A stretch of 64,000 nt of DNA from Monocercomonoides exilis PA203 (Eukaryota; Protista; Preaxostyla): positions 1,798,001 to 1,862,000 of the forward strand of contig LSRY02000006.1 in NCBI GenBank assembly GCA_001643675.2. Direction: 5' to 3'. Shown one piece after another: positions 10,589 through 20,776 of the stretch. The translations under genes and the position numbers were made by a program. Position 1 is the stretch's first letter. Every line of letters starts with the position of its first letter. Under the pieces are notes generated by a model. That model made no database searches, was not told the origin of the DNA, and saw only the letters and a list, made by a program, of their open reading frames with translations.

Positions 10589-11851
10589 TTATTGATAAAA
10601 TTGAGTGTGAAGTTCGTATATAATCAACTCGTTTGCTTCGCAATCTGATTTCGTAAAAGGATTATGTAAATTGTGAAAATTGGTTAAACAAACTGAAACA
10701 ATAAAAAAATCTTCAACTGGGGAAAAATATGGACTTTCAAGCTTTTTATGCACAAAGCATGAAAAAATTGCTTCACTCATAACTTTTGATCGCTTTCTCA
10801 GATTTCAAAATAAATTTGATTTTCATATCTTTTAGCAGGCATCATTGTTATCAAAACAGAAAGAAAAGTGACATTTCACGAATGTCAAATAATGCATACA
10901 TTTTTATTATGTTTTTTGATCTCAAAAAGTCAATGAATAGTGCATATTTTTTCAATGAAAATTCATGAAGTGAAATATTTTTCCCCAACTGTTTTAATAT
11001 CCATCGGCCAATTTCTTCTGAACACAGTAAATAAAGTCTTTAATCGTCCAGAAAACCTTTCCACAACAACGCTGTGCTTCGATAGATATGGTGTTCCATG
11101 TGGTTTTATAATAATAGCTCCCAGTTCTGCTTTTGCTCCAATATAGGCTGAGTCTGACATGATTTTTGAACGTTTTAGATGTTGAAAAAAGTTAGGATAG
11201 TGATTTTTGAAAATTTCATAGTCATGAACGCTTCCTGGGTAGAAATCGCTGATTGTGCTGGCTAATCCGTTCTTTGGAATGACTCCAATTTCAACTTTAA
11301 CACAGAAAGAATGATGTTTTCCACTAAAAAAATTCATTCCATCTGCCAATTTCCCACTTGGCCTGTTAATAGGCACAATTGTACAATCCATAATCAGACC
11401 AACCTCTTGCAACTCTTTAATTCTATCTTTACGAAAAATCAAAAGTAAACTTACAAGTGTATCTTTTATGTTTCCAACAATGCTGTAAGATAACTGCGTT
11501 ACTGAGCTATGCGATTTGTAAAATGGATAAGTCAAAAGTTATGTCATTGATGTTGAGTCCAAATGAAGGAAATTGAGTAAAATAAAAAGTTGTTCGCCAA
11601 TATTTTGAATTGCCTTTTGCTTTCCACGATGTTGAGGTAATTCGTAATCAAGAAGAAGAAGAAACATATCAAATTCTGTTCTTGTGAAACCTGTCAAGCG
11701 GAAAAATCCGTGAATGGGATCTTCGCTTTTTTGACAAGCTTTTTCTATAAAGAAAATTTTTTTTCTCTTCCGGAGTTACTGGCGTATGCGTTGGAAGCGT
11801 TATTCTTTTTTCTGCACGCTCAAGAACCTCCAAAAAATTCAATCGTTCCAT
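10589..11851 (-). pseudogene. PIF/Harbinger-like transposase (HTH + DDE_Tnp_4), disrupted
   Basis: FFRLTGFTRTEF (HTH_Tnp_4-like), IMDCT..PINRP, FSGKHH, PGSVHDYEIF, SDSAYIG, VVERFSGRLK, then CLTNFH after removing the MITE. Frameshift in the T-run near 11757-11764 and a stop at 11539-11541. Confidence 0.85.
10719..10986 (-). mobile_element. MITE family A (268 bp) inserted in the transposase; TSD AACT
   Basis: Perfect 12-bp TIR GGGGAAAAATAT / ATATTTTTCCCC; AACT at 10715-10718 and 10987-10990. Confidence 0.92.
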
Positions 11852-11887
11852 GCCAAATATTTATTTGCAAATTTTCAATTGATCTTA

Positions 11888-12327
11888 CACCATTTTTTGT
11901 TCAATCAACTTTATGATCGACAAACCAGTATTTGAAGTTTTAAAATTGATTGAGTCATTTTGAAAAAGAATTTTTTTTATCGCATTTTTATCAAACTTAA
12001 TTCTATTTTGTTCCACTTTTTCTTTTTGAAAAAATATATTTAAAATAGGTCTATTAAATTTGAAATTGATAAAATATATCATTTTCAATTTTCAAAATGA
12101 GAGAAAGATCCATGAACATCAGTCGTTATCATTGAAAACAGAAGTTTGAAATGAAAGAAAAACATTTCCAATAAATTAACATTTGTAATTATCAACATTT
12201 GTGTCAATGAAATTTCCTTGGTTTAAACTTGAATTGATACTCTGAACTAATAAACAGTTTTTTCGATTTGGAATTAAATATTTTCGATTTCGAATAAAAC
12301 TTTTTCGATGTTGAATAAATTTTGGTG
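11888..12327 (-). mobile_element. Putative 440-bp TA-flanked CACCA...TGGTG element with 21-bp subterminal repeats
   Basis: TA|CACCATTTTTTGTTCAA at 11888 and TTGAATAAATTTTGGTG|TA at 12327; repeat units at 12255-12318. Confidence 0.45.
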
Positions 12328-12706
12328 TAAGCTCTTACAATCAGTCAACAAAATCTGCATTGCAAAATCTCATTAAAACATTTTTGTTATTGATAAATTT
12401 ATATAAGAATTATTTTTGTATCAGATCACCAAATGTGAAACAAATTACAAGATATCATGAAGATGTTGGAGTAACACGTTAATTGGAAGTTAATTTAGAT
12501 AATAATTTATAATAAACATGTTTAAATAAAATAATATTTTTTGGAGAATTGCGAAATCTTGCTCAAAAACGTAAAAAGAATATATTTAATTTCATTAAAA
12601 TTGCAGAAAGTGTCAATAAAGACATTTGAAAAATATATTAAAAATGGAAAATGATCAAGTTGTATAAATCCTCAACTGATAGTGTAAAACATTAGTTGTC
12701 AAAACA

Positions 12707-15343
12707 ATGTCAGAAAAACAGGATATAGCAGTTGCTTCTTCTTCATCAACTCCATCTAGCGCTGTAGATGAAACATTTGCAGATATTGACGAGATGGTTA
12801 GAAAGGCACAGAAGGCTCTGGAGGAGTTACAAAAAATTGAAAGTCAAGAATTAATTGACTCAATCGTGCACGCCATGGCACTTGCAGGATTGGATGCACA
12901 TGAGAAACTGGCCCGTATGGCAGTGGAAGAAACAGGACGTGGAGTTTATGAAGATAAAGTTATCAAAAACATGTTTGCGACTGAATATATTTGGCATGAT
13001 ATCAAGAAACAGAAAACTGTGGGAGTTCTTTCAGAGAATGACATGGAAGGAACCGTTGTTATGGCAGAACCAATTGGTGTTGTCTGCGGAGTGACACCAA
13101 CCACAAACCCAACTTCAACAACTCTGTTCAAGTGCTTGATTTGCATGAAGACTCGCAATCCAGTTATTTTTGGATTCCATCCATCAGCTCAGGCATGCAG
13201 CGCAGAAGCTGCAAAAATTGTTATGGATGCGGCTATGAAGGCTGGAGCTCCCGCGGATTGCATCCAATGGATCAAGAAACCATCAATCGCAGCTACGAAC
13301 TATTTGATGAATCATGCTGGAGTTGCAACAATTTTGGCAACAGGAGGAGCAGGAATGGTGAAATCTGCATATTCGACAGGAAAGCCAGCATTGGGTGTTG
13401 GTCCAGGAAATGTTCCTTGCTACATTGAAAAGACCGCAAACTTGTCACAGGCATGCACAGATTTGATCATGAGCAAAACATTCGATAATGGAATGATTTG
13501 TGCTTCAGAACAAGCGGTGATTGTGGATGAGGAGATCCACAAGGAGTTCGAGGCCTTTATGGTTGAGAACAATTGCCACTTGTTAACAGAAGAAGAGACA
13601 GCTATTCTGACCAAATACATGTTTCCAACTCCTGGAAAAGGTGTGCTGAACCATGTTGTTGGAAAGACGGCAGAGTGGATTGCACAACAAGCTGGAATCA
13701 AAGTTGCACCAAAAACAAAAATATTATTGGCAAAACTTGAAGGTGGACCAGATGAGTCAAAACCTTTGAGCAAAGAGAAACTTAGTCCAGTTCTTGCATA
13801 CTTTGTAAGTCGAAACACAACTGAAGGCTTTGCATATGCCAATAAAATGTTGGAACTTGGAGGTCTTGGACACAGCGCTGTCATCCACACTTCGAACATG
13901 CCATTAGCGAAACAATATGGAGAAGAAATGAGGGTCGGTCGTATCATTGTGAATAGCCCATCATCACAAGGTGCAATTGGTGATATCTATAATGGTATTC
14001 GTCCATCATTGACAATTGGATGCGGAAGCTATGGAGGAAACAGTGTATCTTCAAATGTTTCAATTTCAAATCTCATCAACACAAAAACAGTTGCTAAAAG
14101 AAGAGTGAATATGCAGTGGTTCAAGATTGCGCCAAAGATTTACTTTGAACGCGATTCTATCCAATATTTGGAGAAGATGCCACATATCACAAGAGCATTT
14201 ATTGTGAGCGATGCAATTATGGTCAAGTTGGGAAATGTTGACAAATTGCTGTATTATTTGAGAAAACGTCCTCAGTATGTTCACAGTGAAATATATTCCG
14301 ATGTGGAACCAGATCCAGATGTTGAATGTATCATGCGTGGTGTTGAAGCAATGAACAGATTCCAACCTGATGTGATTATTGCATTGGGAGGAGGATCTGC
14401 TATTGATGCAGCAAAAGGAATGTGGCTGTTTTATGAACACCCTGATACATCATTCGATGGACTCAGACAAAGATTCTTGGATATTAGAAAGCGATCATTC
14501 GCTTTCCCACAGTTAGGAAAGAAAGCACAATTTGTTGCAATTCCAACAACAAGTGGAACTGGTAGCGAAGTCACAAGCTTTTCTGTTATCACAGACAGAA
14601 AGAAAGGAAACATTAAATATCCACTTGCAGATTATGAGCTTACACCTGATGTTGCAATCATTGATCCACAGTTCACAGTAACTCAACCAAAATCTATTGT
14701 GGCAGATTGTGGAATGGATGTTCTTACACATTGCATTGAAGCATACGTGTCTGTGATGGCATCGGATTATACAGATGGACTTGCACTCCAAGGAGCAGAG
14801 ATGGTTCTTGAATATCTTGAAAGAAGTTACAAAGTTGGAGATGAACTGTCAAGAGAGAAAATGCACAACGCATCATGCATTGCTGGTATGGCATTCACAA
14901 ATGCATTTTTGGGTCTTAATCACAGTATGGCACACAAGCTTGGAGGAGAATTCCACATTCCCCACGGAAGAGCCAATTCAATTCTTCTTCCCTATGTGAT
15001 TCGCTATAATGCACAAAAGCCAACAAAGTTTGCATTGTTCCCGAAATATGCAAGATTCCAAGCCGATGAGCGATATGCTAAATTCGCAAGACGTCTTGGA
15101 CTTCCAGCATCAACAACAGAGGAAGGAGTTGAGAGTCTGATAAATGAAGTGAAATTGCTGGCAAAGAAGTTGAACCTTCCAAGTTCCATTAAGGAATATG
15201 GAATTGATGAGAAAGTGTTCTTTGCTGTTGTTGAAGAGTTGAGCTATAAAGCATTTGAAGATCAGTGCACAACTGCTAATCCAAGATACCCACTTGTGAC
15301 GGAAATTAAAGAGCTGTTCAGACAAGCATACTATGGAGAGTAA
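12707..15343 (+). CDS. adhE: Bifunctional acetaldehyde-CoA/alcohol dehydrogenase AdhE (878 aa, intronless)
   Basis: ALDH motifs [21 protein letters not shown], catalytic ICASEQ; linker GCGSYGGNS; Fe-ADH motifs [46 protein letters not shown]. Confidence 0.97.
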   Translation: MSEKQDIAVASSSSTPSSAVDETFADIDEMVRKAQKALEELQKIESQELIDSIVHAMALAGLDAHEKLARMAVEETGRGVYEDKVIKNMFATEYIWHDIKKQKTVGVLSENDMEGTVVMAEPIGVVCGVTPTTNPTSTTLFKCLICMKTRNPVIFGFHPSAQACSAEAAKIVMDAAMKAGAPADCIQWIKKPSIAATNYLMNHAGVATILATGGAGMVKSAYSTGKPALGVGPGNVPCYIEKTANLSQACTDLIMSKTFDNGMICASEQAVIVDEEIHKEFEAFMVENNCHLLTEEETAILTKYMFPTPGKGVLNHVVGKTAEWIAQQAGIKVAPKTKILLAKLEGGPDESKPLSKEKLSPVLAYFVSRNTTEGFAYANKMLELGGLGHSAVIHTSNMPLAKQYGEEMRVGRIIVNSPSSQGAIGDIYNGIRPSLTIGCGSYGGNSVSSNVSISNLINTKTVAKRRVNMQWFKIAPKIYFERDSIQYLEKMPHITRAFIVSDAIMVKLGNVDKLLYYLRKRPQYVHSEIYSDVEPDPDVECIMRGVEAMNRFQPDVIIALGGGSAIDAAKGMWLFYEHPDTSFDGLRQRFLDIRKRSFAFPQLGKKAQFVAIPTTSGTGSEVTSFSVITDRKKGNIKYPLADYELTPDVAIIDPQFTVTQPKSIVADCGMDVLTHCIEAYVSVMASDYTDGLALQGAEMVLEYLERSYKVGDELSREKMHNASCIAGMAFTNAFLGLNHSMAHKLGGEFHIPHGRANSILLPYVIRYNAQKPTKFALFPKYARFQADERYAKFARRLGLPASTTEEGVESLINEVKLLAKKLNLPSSIKEYGIDEKVFFAVVEELSYKAFEDQCTTANPRYPLVTEIKELFRQAYYGE

Positions 15344-16096
15344 ATGTTAATGGAAGTTTGTCGAGAGGTGAAGTTGGAAGGGTGTGAATGAAAAGTTAGA
15401 AATGTTCAATGAAGAAGTGTGTTGAGGAGTTGAAATTTGATGTTTTTTGTGACACTCTAAGTTTGCAATCAAAAGCAAAAAAATATGCAACATCTTTATG
15501 TTTCATTTTTTTATTGATTGCAAATGAATGAATGAAATTTGTGCAGTTTTTTTACTTTTGAAATTGATCTTATGTTCAAAATTGAATTATTGCGTTGGTT
15601 GTTTTTTCAGACAAGCGAGAAGCAAAGTGCATGAGAATTACATGTTGCTGTTGCGAATGCTAGAGAAATAGGAACCGGAATTACATTTATCCAATGAAAG
15701 CTCACACAATAGTCATTATTTTCAGTGTTTTGTTTGCAACAGATTTTTTATTTGTGAGAAGAACAGTATAAAGTGCTTTGTTAAGTATTTTTATTGTTCT
15801 AACTCATGATTATTTTTAGTATTGAAATTACTTATGCAACATTTAAACATATATACATTCATTATTATTTTAATTATTTTTTTTTCATCAGAATTTATGA
15901 TTTCGCATATATTCCATTTCAGTATGTTGCTTTTGGTATTGAAACACCACGCAACAATAAGTAGGTAAATCTTCAAAAATAATTATATGCATATTTTTTG
16001 AATTTTTTTCAATGCGAACATTAAACAAAAAAAAGAAACCATGCAATTATTAAAGGAAAGAGTAACAACCACTTTCAAAGGAGAATATAATGATTT

Positions 16097-16783
16097 TCAC
16101 GAACGTCTTTCTTTTCCACGTCTGTAATCTTCCCATCTATCCGGAGCAATCTTTACAACAGTCTCTTCTTGCCCGGTAAGTTTTGAATAAGCTTCAGCGA
16201 TCTTGATATACTTTTGAGAGCAATCCTTACAGTTTGGATTTCGATCAGGATGACTAAGTCAGAGATAAGATAGAATGAGCGACATTCAAAATAAATACAA
16301 TTTAGGTTGAATTTAAAAATCATAAAAAAATGAACAAAACATATAAAACATGAATTATCATTATATCCATTCTGTATTAAAATATGTTTGAACAAAATAA
16401 AGTCACACAATTTTAACGCAAGTTTTTTTATATTGATCACGTATTTCCTTTGAAGTCGCAGTTGGCTCAAGTCCAAGTATTGAATAATAGTTTGTTTCTT
16501 CAGGAACATAACTCCAGTGAAAATATCCCTTGCCTCCAAAAAGAAAAATGGCTCCAAGCGAAACAATAATAAAAGCCGCTACTATGCTACAAAATCGTAC
16601 GCATAATCTTTGTATCGGTATTGCATCAAGTATACTTTCTACGCTATCTTTATGTTTCACAATAATATCCTTTCCGTCATCATCTTCATCGCTATTAAAA
16701 TAACCTTCTGATCTTTTTGTGAATACATTTTGTTCTTTTATCAAATTATTATTTTTTATTTAATTTTTTGGTTTTTGCTTCAT
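16097..16783 (-). CDS. Membrane-anchored DnaJ/J-domain protein (2+ exons; apparent homopolymer frameshift)
   Basis: TM segment, then NYYSILGLEPTATSKEIRDQYKK(LALK); GT-AG intron 16408-16254; exon 2 gives F-HPDRNPNCKDCSQKYIKIAEAY...RS*. One extra A in the run at 16423-16429; start uncertain. Confidence 0.75.
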
Positions 16784-17599
16784 GAAGAGATTTCTTTTAT
16801 CAACAGATTCAGTATTTTCTTCCTTTTCGATAGTTAAATAATCTGTAGAAGGAATTCTGTTTCTCCTTTGGATTTTTTTTTTGGCATGTGCTTATATGGT
16901 TTAGTGTAACTCTTCCTTTGTCCAAAAAATTAAGAATGAAAAATTTAACAAAAAAATATGGTTATCCAAAAATGATTTGGGGGAAAATTCTTACATTTAT
17001 GAAAAAAACAACGATTTGTTCCATTCTTTTTCCACAACATTATCATTACAAGTCTTTCATTCCCGTGTTAAAAAAAGAAGAAAATTTTGAAAAATGATAA
17101 AAATATTTGAAAGTGAAGAAAGGAACAAAATTCATAAAACAAAAAAGTTCGTCACATTTGTTCTCTCCTCACTTAAAAAAAACTGCAAGAAAATATTATT
17201 ACAAAGTGTCCTGAATTTTTCCACAATTCATTCAAATAAACTTTCATTCATTCGTATTCATCAGTCGAATAAATATTTCATATGTTTTTTTCGACGAATG
17301 GACAGAGAAATTTTTTATTTGAATATTTCATGATTGATAAACGAGATTAGTTGCAAGATTAACAAGCAAATAGTGAAATTTATACTATTTCATAAAAAAT
17401 GAATCAACATAAAATGAGAAACAAATAACAAAAATGAAGGAATTCAATGACATTCATTTCAGTTAGCAATTCATTGAATTGTTTAATCAAAATACATTTT
17501 AAGAACAATTATTATTCAGACACATTAATGACAAATGGAATTATCTAATTTTTAAGTTCAATTTTAAAACATCTTTTATTGAAAAACAGAAAAAGAAAT

Positions 17600-17673
17600 C
17601 GCCCGCTGAGGGGGTCGAACCCTCGACCGTTAGATTAAGAGTCTAACGCTCTACCGTACTGAGCTAAGCGGGC
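17600..17673 (-). tRNA. tRNA-Lys(CTT)
   Basis: Reverse complement GCCCGCTTAGCTCAGTACGGTAGAGCGTTAGACTCTTAATCTAACGGTCGAGGGTTCGACCCCCTCAGCGGGCG: acceptor stem, D arm, TTAGA-CT-CTT-AA-TCTAA anticodon arm, GGTTCGA T loop. Confidence 0.97.
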
Positions 17674-17844
17674 TTCTTGAAGACAAGAAAATTTAATTGC
17701 TATTTGTTATATTTATCAAATATTCGAAATAAAAAGATAAATAAAAATTTTATAAGAAAAAATTTTTTGAACCATTTTTTTATTATTCTGAATTTATTTT
17801 CCTGTTTTATTCAAATTTAATAGATGAATTGTGAAATAAAAAAA

Positions 17845-17894
17845 AATTTCAAAATTATTGGGTAATTTTGAAATAACCCAATAATTTTGAAATT
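17845..17894. repeat. 19-bp perfect inverted repeat with 12-nt spacer
   Basis: AATTTCAAAATTATTGGGT ... ACCCAATAATTTTGAAATT; further ATTTTGAAAT motifs follow. Confidence 0.85.
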
Positions 17895-18960
17895 GTCTAT
17901 GGAAATTTTGAAATTTTTGGGGGATTTTGCAATTACTCAGGTGGCTAAATATTTTCTATGAAAAAATATATTATGCATATACATGAAGTTATTCAAGTCA
18001 TATTTTCGAAAAATATTATGTTGTTTTTTATGTTATTAATTGAAGAATAAATATATTAACGAAATTATTTTCTAATTTATATAATTTTTTTAAATAAAAC
18101 CTTGTAACGCTGTATTTTTTGATAAACAATGGTTAAAAAAATCACAGTAAACTGCATTCATTACGATTTCAAATATTTTTGTTGTAGAACTTCTTCAAAA
18201 AAAGAGATTAAAAGAATGGAAAATAAAAAAAAAGGTTTTAATGATGTATTTCGACAGCACAGCATCTTTATTTCAAAATATCTCAGTTCTTGCTTCAACA
18301 AAACTGCTATTTCACATCTGTTTGTCTTCAAACTTCCTGTTCAGCCTTTTTTCCTCGTTTTTCTTCATTCTTTTTTCTCGTCATTCATTTCTTCCAAAAT
18401 ATCAATTTCTTATTTTTCTTCGAACAGAGTTCATCATCATCGTCGTAAGTTAAAACAAAATCTCTTATGTCCACAAGTCTTTCACATTCAGAGGCTGTCT
18501 GTTCCATATTAATTCATATTCATCGTATTTTTATCTATCACGCATGTTAAGTTCGTAATAACTGCCATAAACATTTATGATAAAACACATTCAGGTTCTT
18601 ATATATTTGTAAAATAGCATTTGTCTCGCTTCATTGCTGTTCTGCTCTGCAAAGAATAAATTGTCTATTTTAAATAAATTGCCCGAATCACGACTTTGGA
18701 AATGATACGGATAAAAAAATCTTCACAATCAATAGAACAATAAAAAACACATACATCAAAAATTCAATATTCCCATCGAAAATATTGTTTCTCCACAGCA
18801 TTCCATCAATCTAAACGAACAACTCCAGCTTCCATTAAACAGATATCGTTTTTGTAATATCCTCCTTTTCACTGGAAATATTTCATTTAGTCAACCTGTG
18901 CTTGTTTCAGCTTCGGAATCTCACTCCGTTGACAGTTTCTGAGCATTTGGTATAACTTGA

Positions 18961-19240
18961 TCATTTTCCATAACGAATAAGAGCCTCAAAAGAAAAGGAG
19001 CACAACTCGATGCATTGTGATTGAATGGGCATATGAAGACAATGCGGTTGTAAAAGGATGGATTTATGGTGTGGGGTGAAGGAATTACGTTTTTGGAGGA
19101 GGCAGGGTTTTGGAGGGGGAATGGAACGATAAAATGTTATTTTTTGGAGGGAGAAAGAGGTGTTTTTTCGAGGTTTAAAAGGCAAAATGGATGTTTGGGA
19201 GATGGATTGGGATGAGGTTGGGAGAGGCTATTTTTTCGAT
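18961..19240 (-). pseudogene. Possible decayed Ulp1/C48-like peptidase fragment
   Basis: Across two frameshifts: LIPIHLPNIHFAF ... KITFYRSI ... MPIQ-NASSCAPFLL, matching the order of the C48 His / Asp / Gln-Cys motifs. Confidence 0.35.
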
Positions 19241-20776
19241 TTTTGTTAGTTGGAAGGTGCAGAGGCCGTGTTTATCGTTGGAGAAAAGGAATTTGTTGTT
19301 GAGGAGGTGGGGCGAGGAGGGAATAGAGGGGAAAAAGATGGGTGGAGTGAATGAAATATATTATCTTTGGAGGGAAGGACAAGAGTTAGACTGGAAATGG
19401 AGAGATATGGGAAAGGGATGGTTTTTTTTCAAATGCAGGGAGAGAGAGGGGGTTCATATGAGGCTGAACAAAGAGAAGAGATTTTGTGGGCTTATGTTTG
19501 ATAAGAAAGGGAAGTGGGGTTGAAGGAAAAAAAAGTGAGAGAGATTTTATTATCTTTTTTTATTTTTTATTGAAAGGACAGTTTGGCCGCGCCTCTCATT
19601 TTCGGGGCAAGGGATGGAGGCCGAGGCGGAGGAAGTCGGGAAGAAGGAACATCGGGTGTAACACTTTGCATTCGAGGTGTGGAGACAGAGGTGCGACAGG
19701 GATTAAAGAAGATGAGGTGCTGACTACGAGAGGTTGTCTTGCACCAGAGACATTCAAAGAAATGAAGTACTTATTTTTTGATTAGGAGAAGGACGATGGG
19801 AGAAGAAGTTACAGTGAGTGAAGGGAAATAGATTTGAGCAAAGGGGTTGCGACATTTGGTGGAGGGGAGTTGATATTTTAGAGGAAATGGGAAAAGAAAA
19901 CGAATTGGGCAAGGGATGCGAAGGGATTCTTTGGATAGAATCTTCTTATTTTTCAGTTTTTTATAGAGTGGAGTTTGTACAGTCATTCGAGTGGAAAAAG
20001 AATAGAGGATAGGGCTTCAGAAATTTTTTGGGGAGGAAGAAGTGAAGGATGGAAATTGACAGTGAAATTGAAAGCAGAGATGGCTCAAAAGAGTTTTGTT
20101 TCCTTAAGGAATAATATTTAGAGAAGAAGAAGAGGAAGAAGAAGAAGAAGCAACGAGATTTGCTTTTATCTTTGGATGATTTTGTCAATCTCATCAGCTT
20201 CACATTATGCGGATATATAACTAAAATGAAATTTTATTTTTTCTTCACTTTTTTGACATGTTTTCTTCCAGGTGTCATTTTTTTTTCTCCATGAAACATT
20301 CATATCAATGCAAAACATCAATATTTGATGCATTTTTGATTTCTTTTAGCTATTTTGATTCATTTTTGATGTTTTCTGTCAATTTTTGCAACTCAGTAAT
20401 TTTAAACCATTTAAAATCGAAATTTTAAAATGCTTTGACAATTAGAAAACACATATTGTTCATGGAAACATTTCAATAATCGTATTAAACGCAAAATAAT
20501 ATATTTTTTTCTTTACGATTATCACATAAATACAAATAATTATATATTTCGCATTATTTGTTGTTAATTGTTCTGAAAATTGTATAAAACATATTTAATA
20601 ATATTAGTGATAAATAAACTGCAATTCGTGAATATAACAATTTCTAAGAGAAAATTGAAGAACTTCCCACAATTTTTATTTAACTAAAAATTTGTTGATG
20701 AAACAAAAAATTACTACCTTATTTTCAATTTATCTGAAAAAATACAAAATTACTTGATTATATCAAAATAACATAT

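Noticed and set aside
12707-15343. Bacterial contamination
   Set aside because: Flanks carry eukaryote-type TEs, a spliced DnaJ gene and a tRNA without encoded CCA; no operon context or Shine-Dalgarno motif; Ser-rich N-terminal extension like host genes.
6823-16783. Non-canonical code (TAA/TAG = Gln, as in some oxymonads) to explain in-frame stops
   Set aside because: ORFs of 878-2599 aa contain no internal TAA/TAG, adhE ends in TAA at the expected C-terminus, and the pseudogenes also contain TGA stops.
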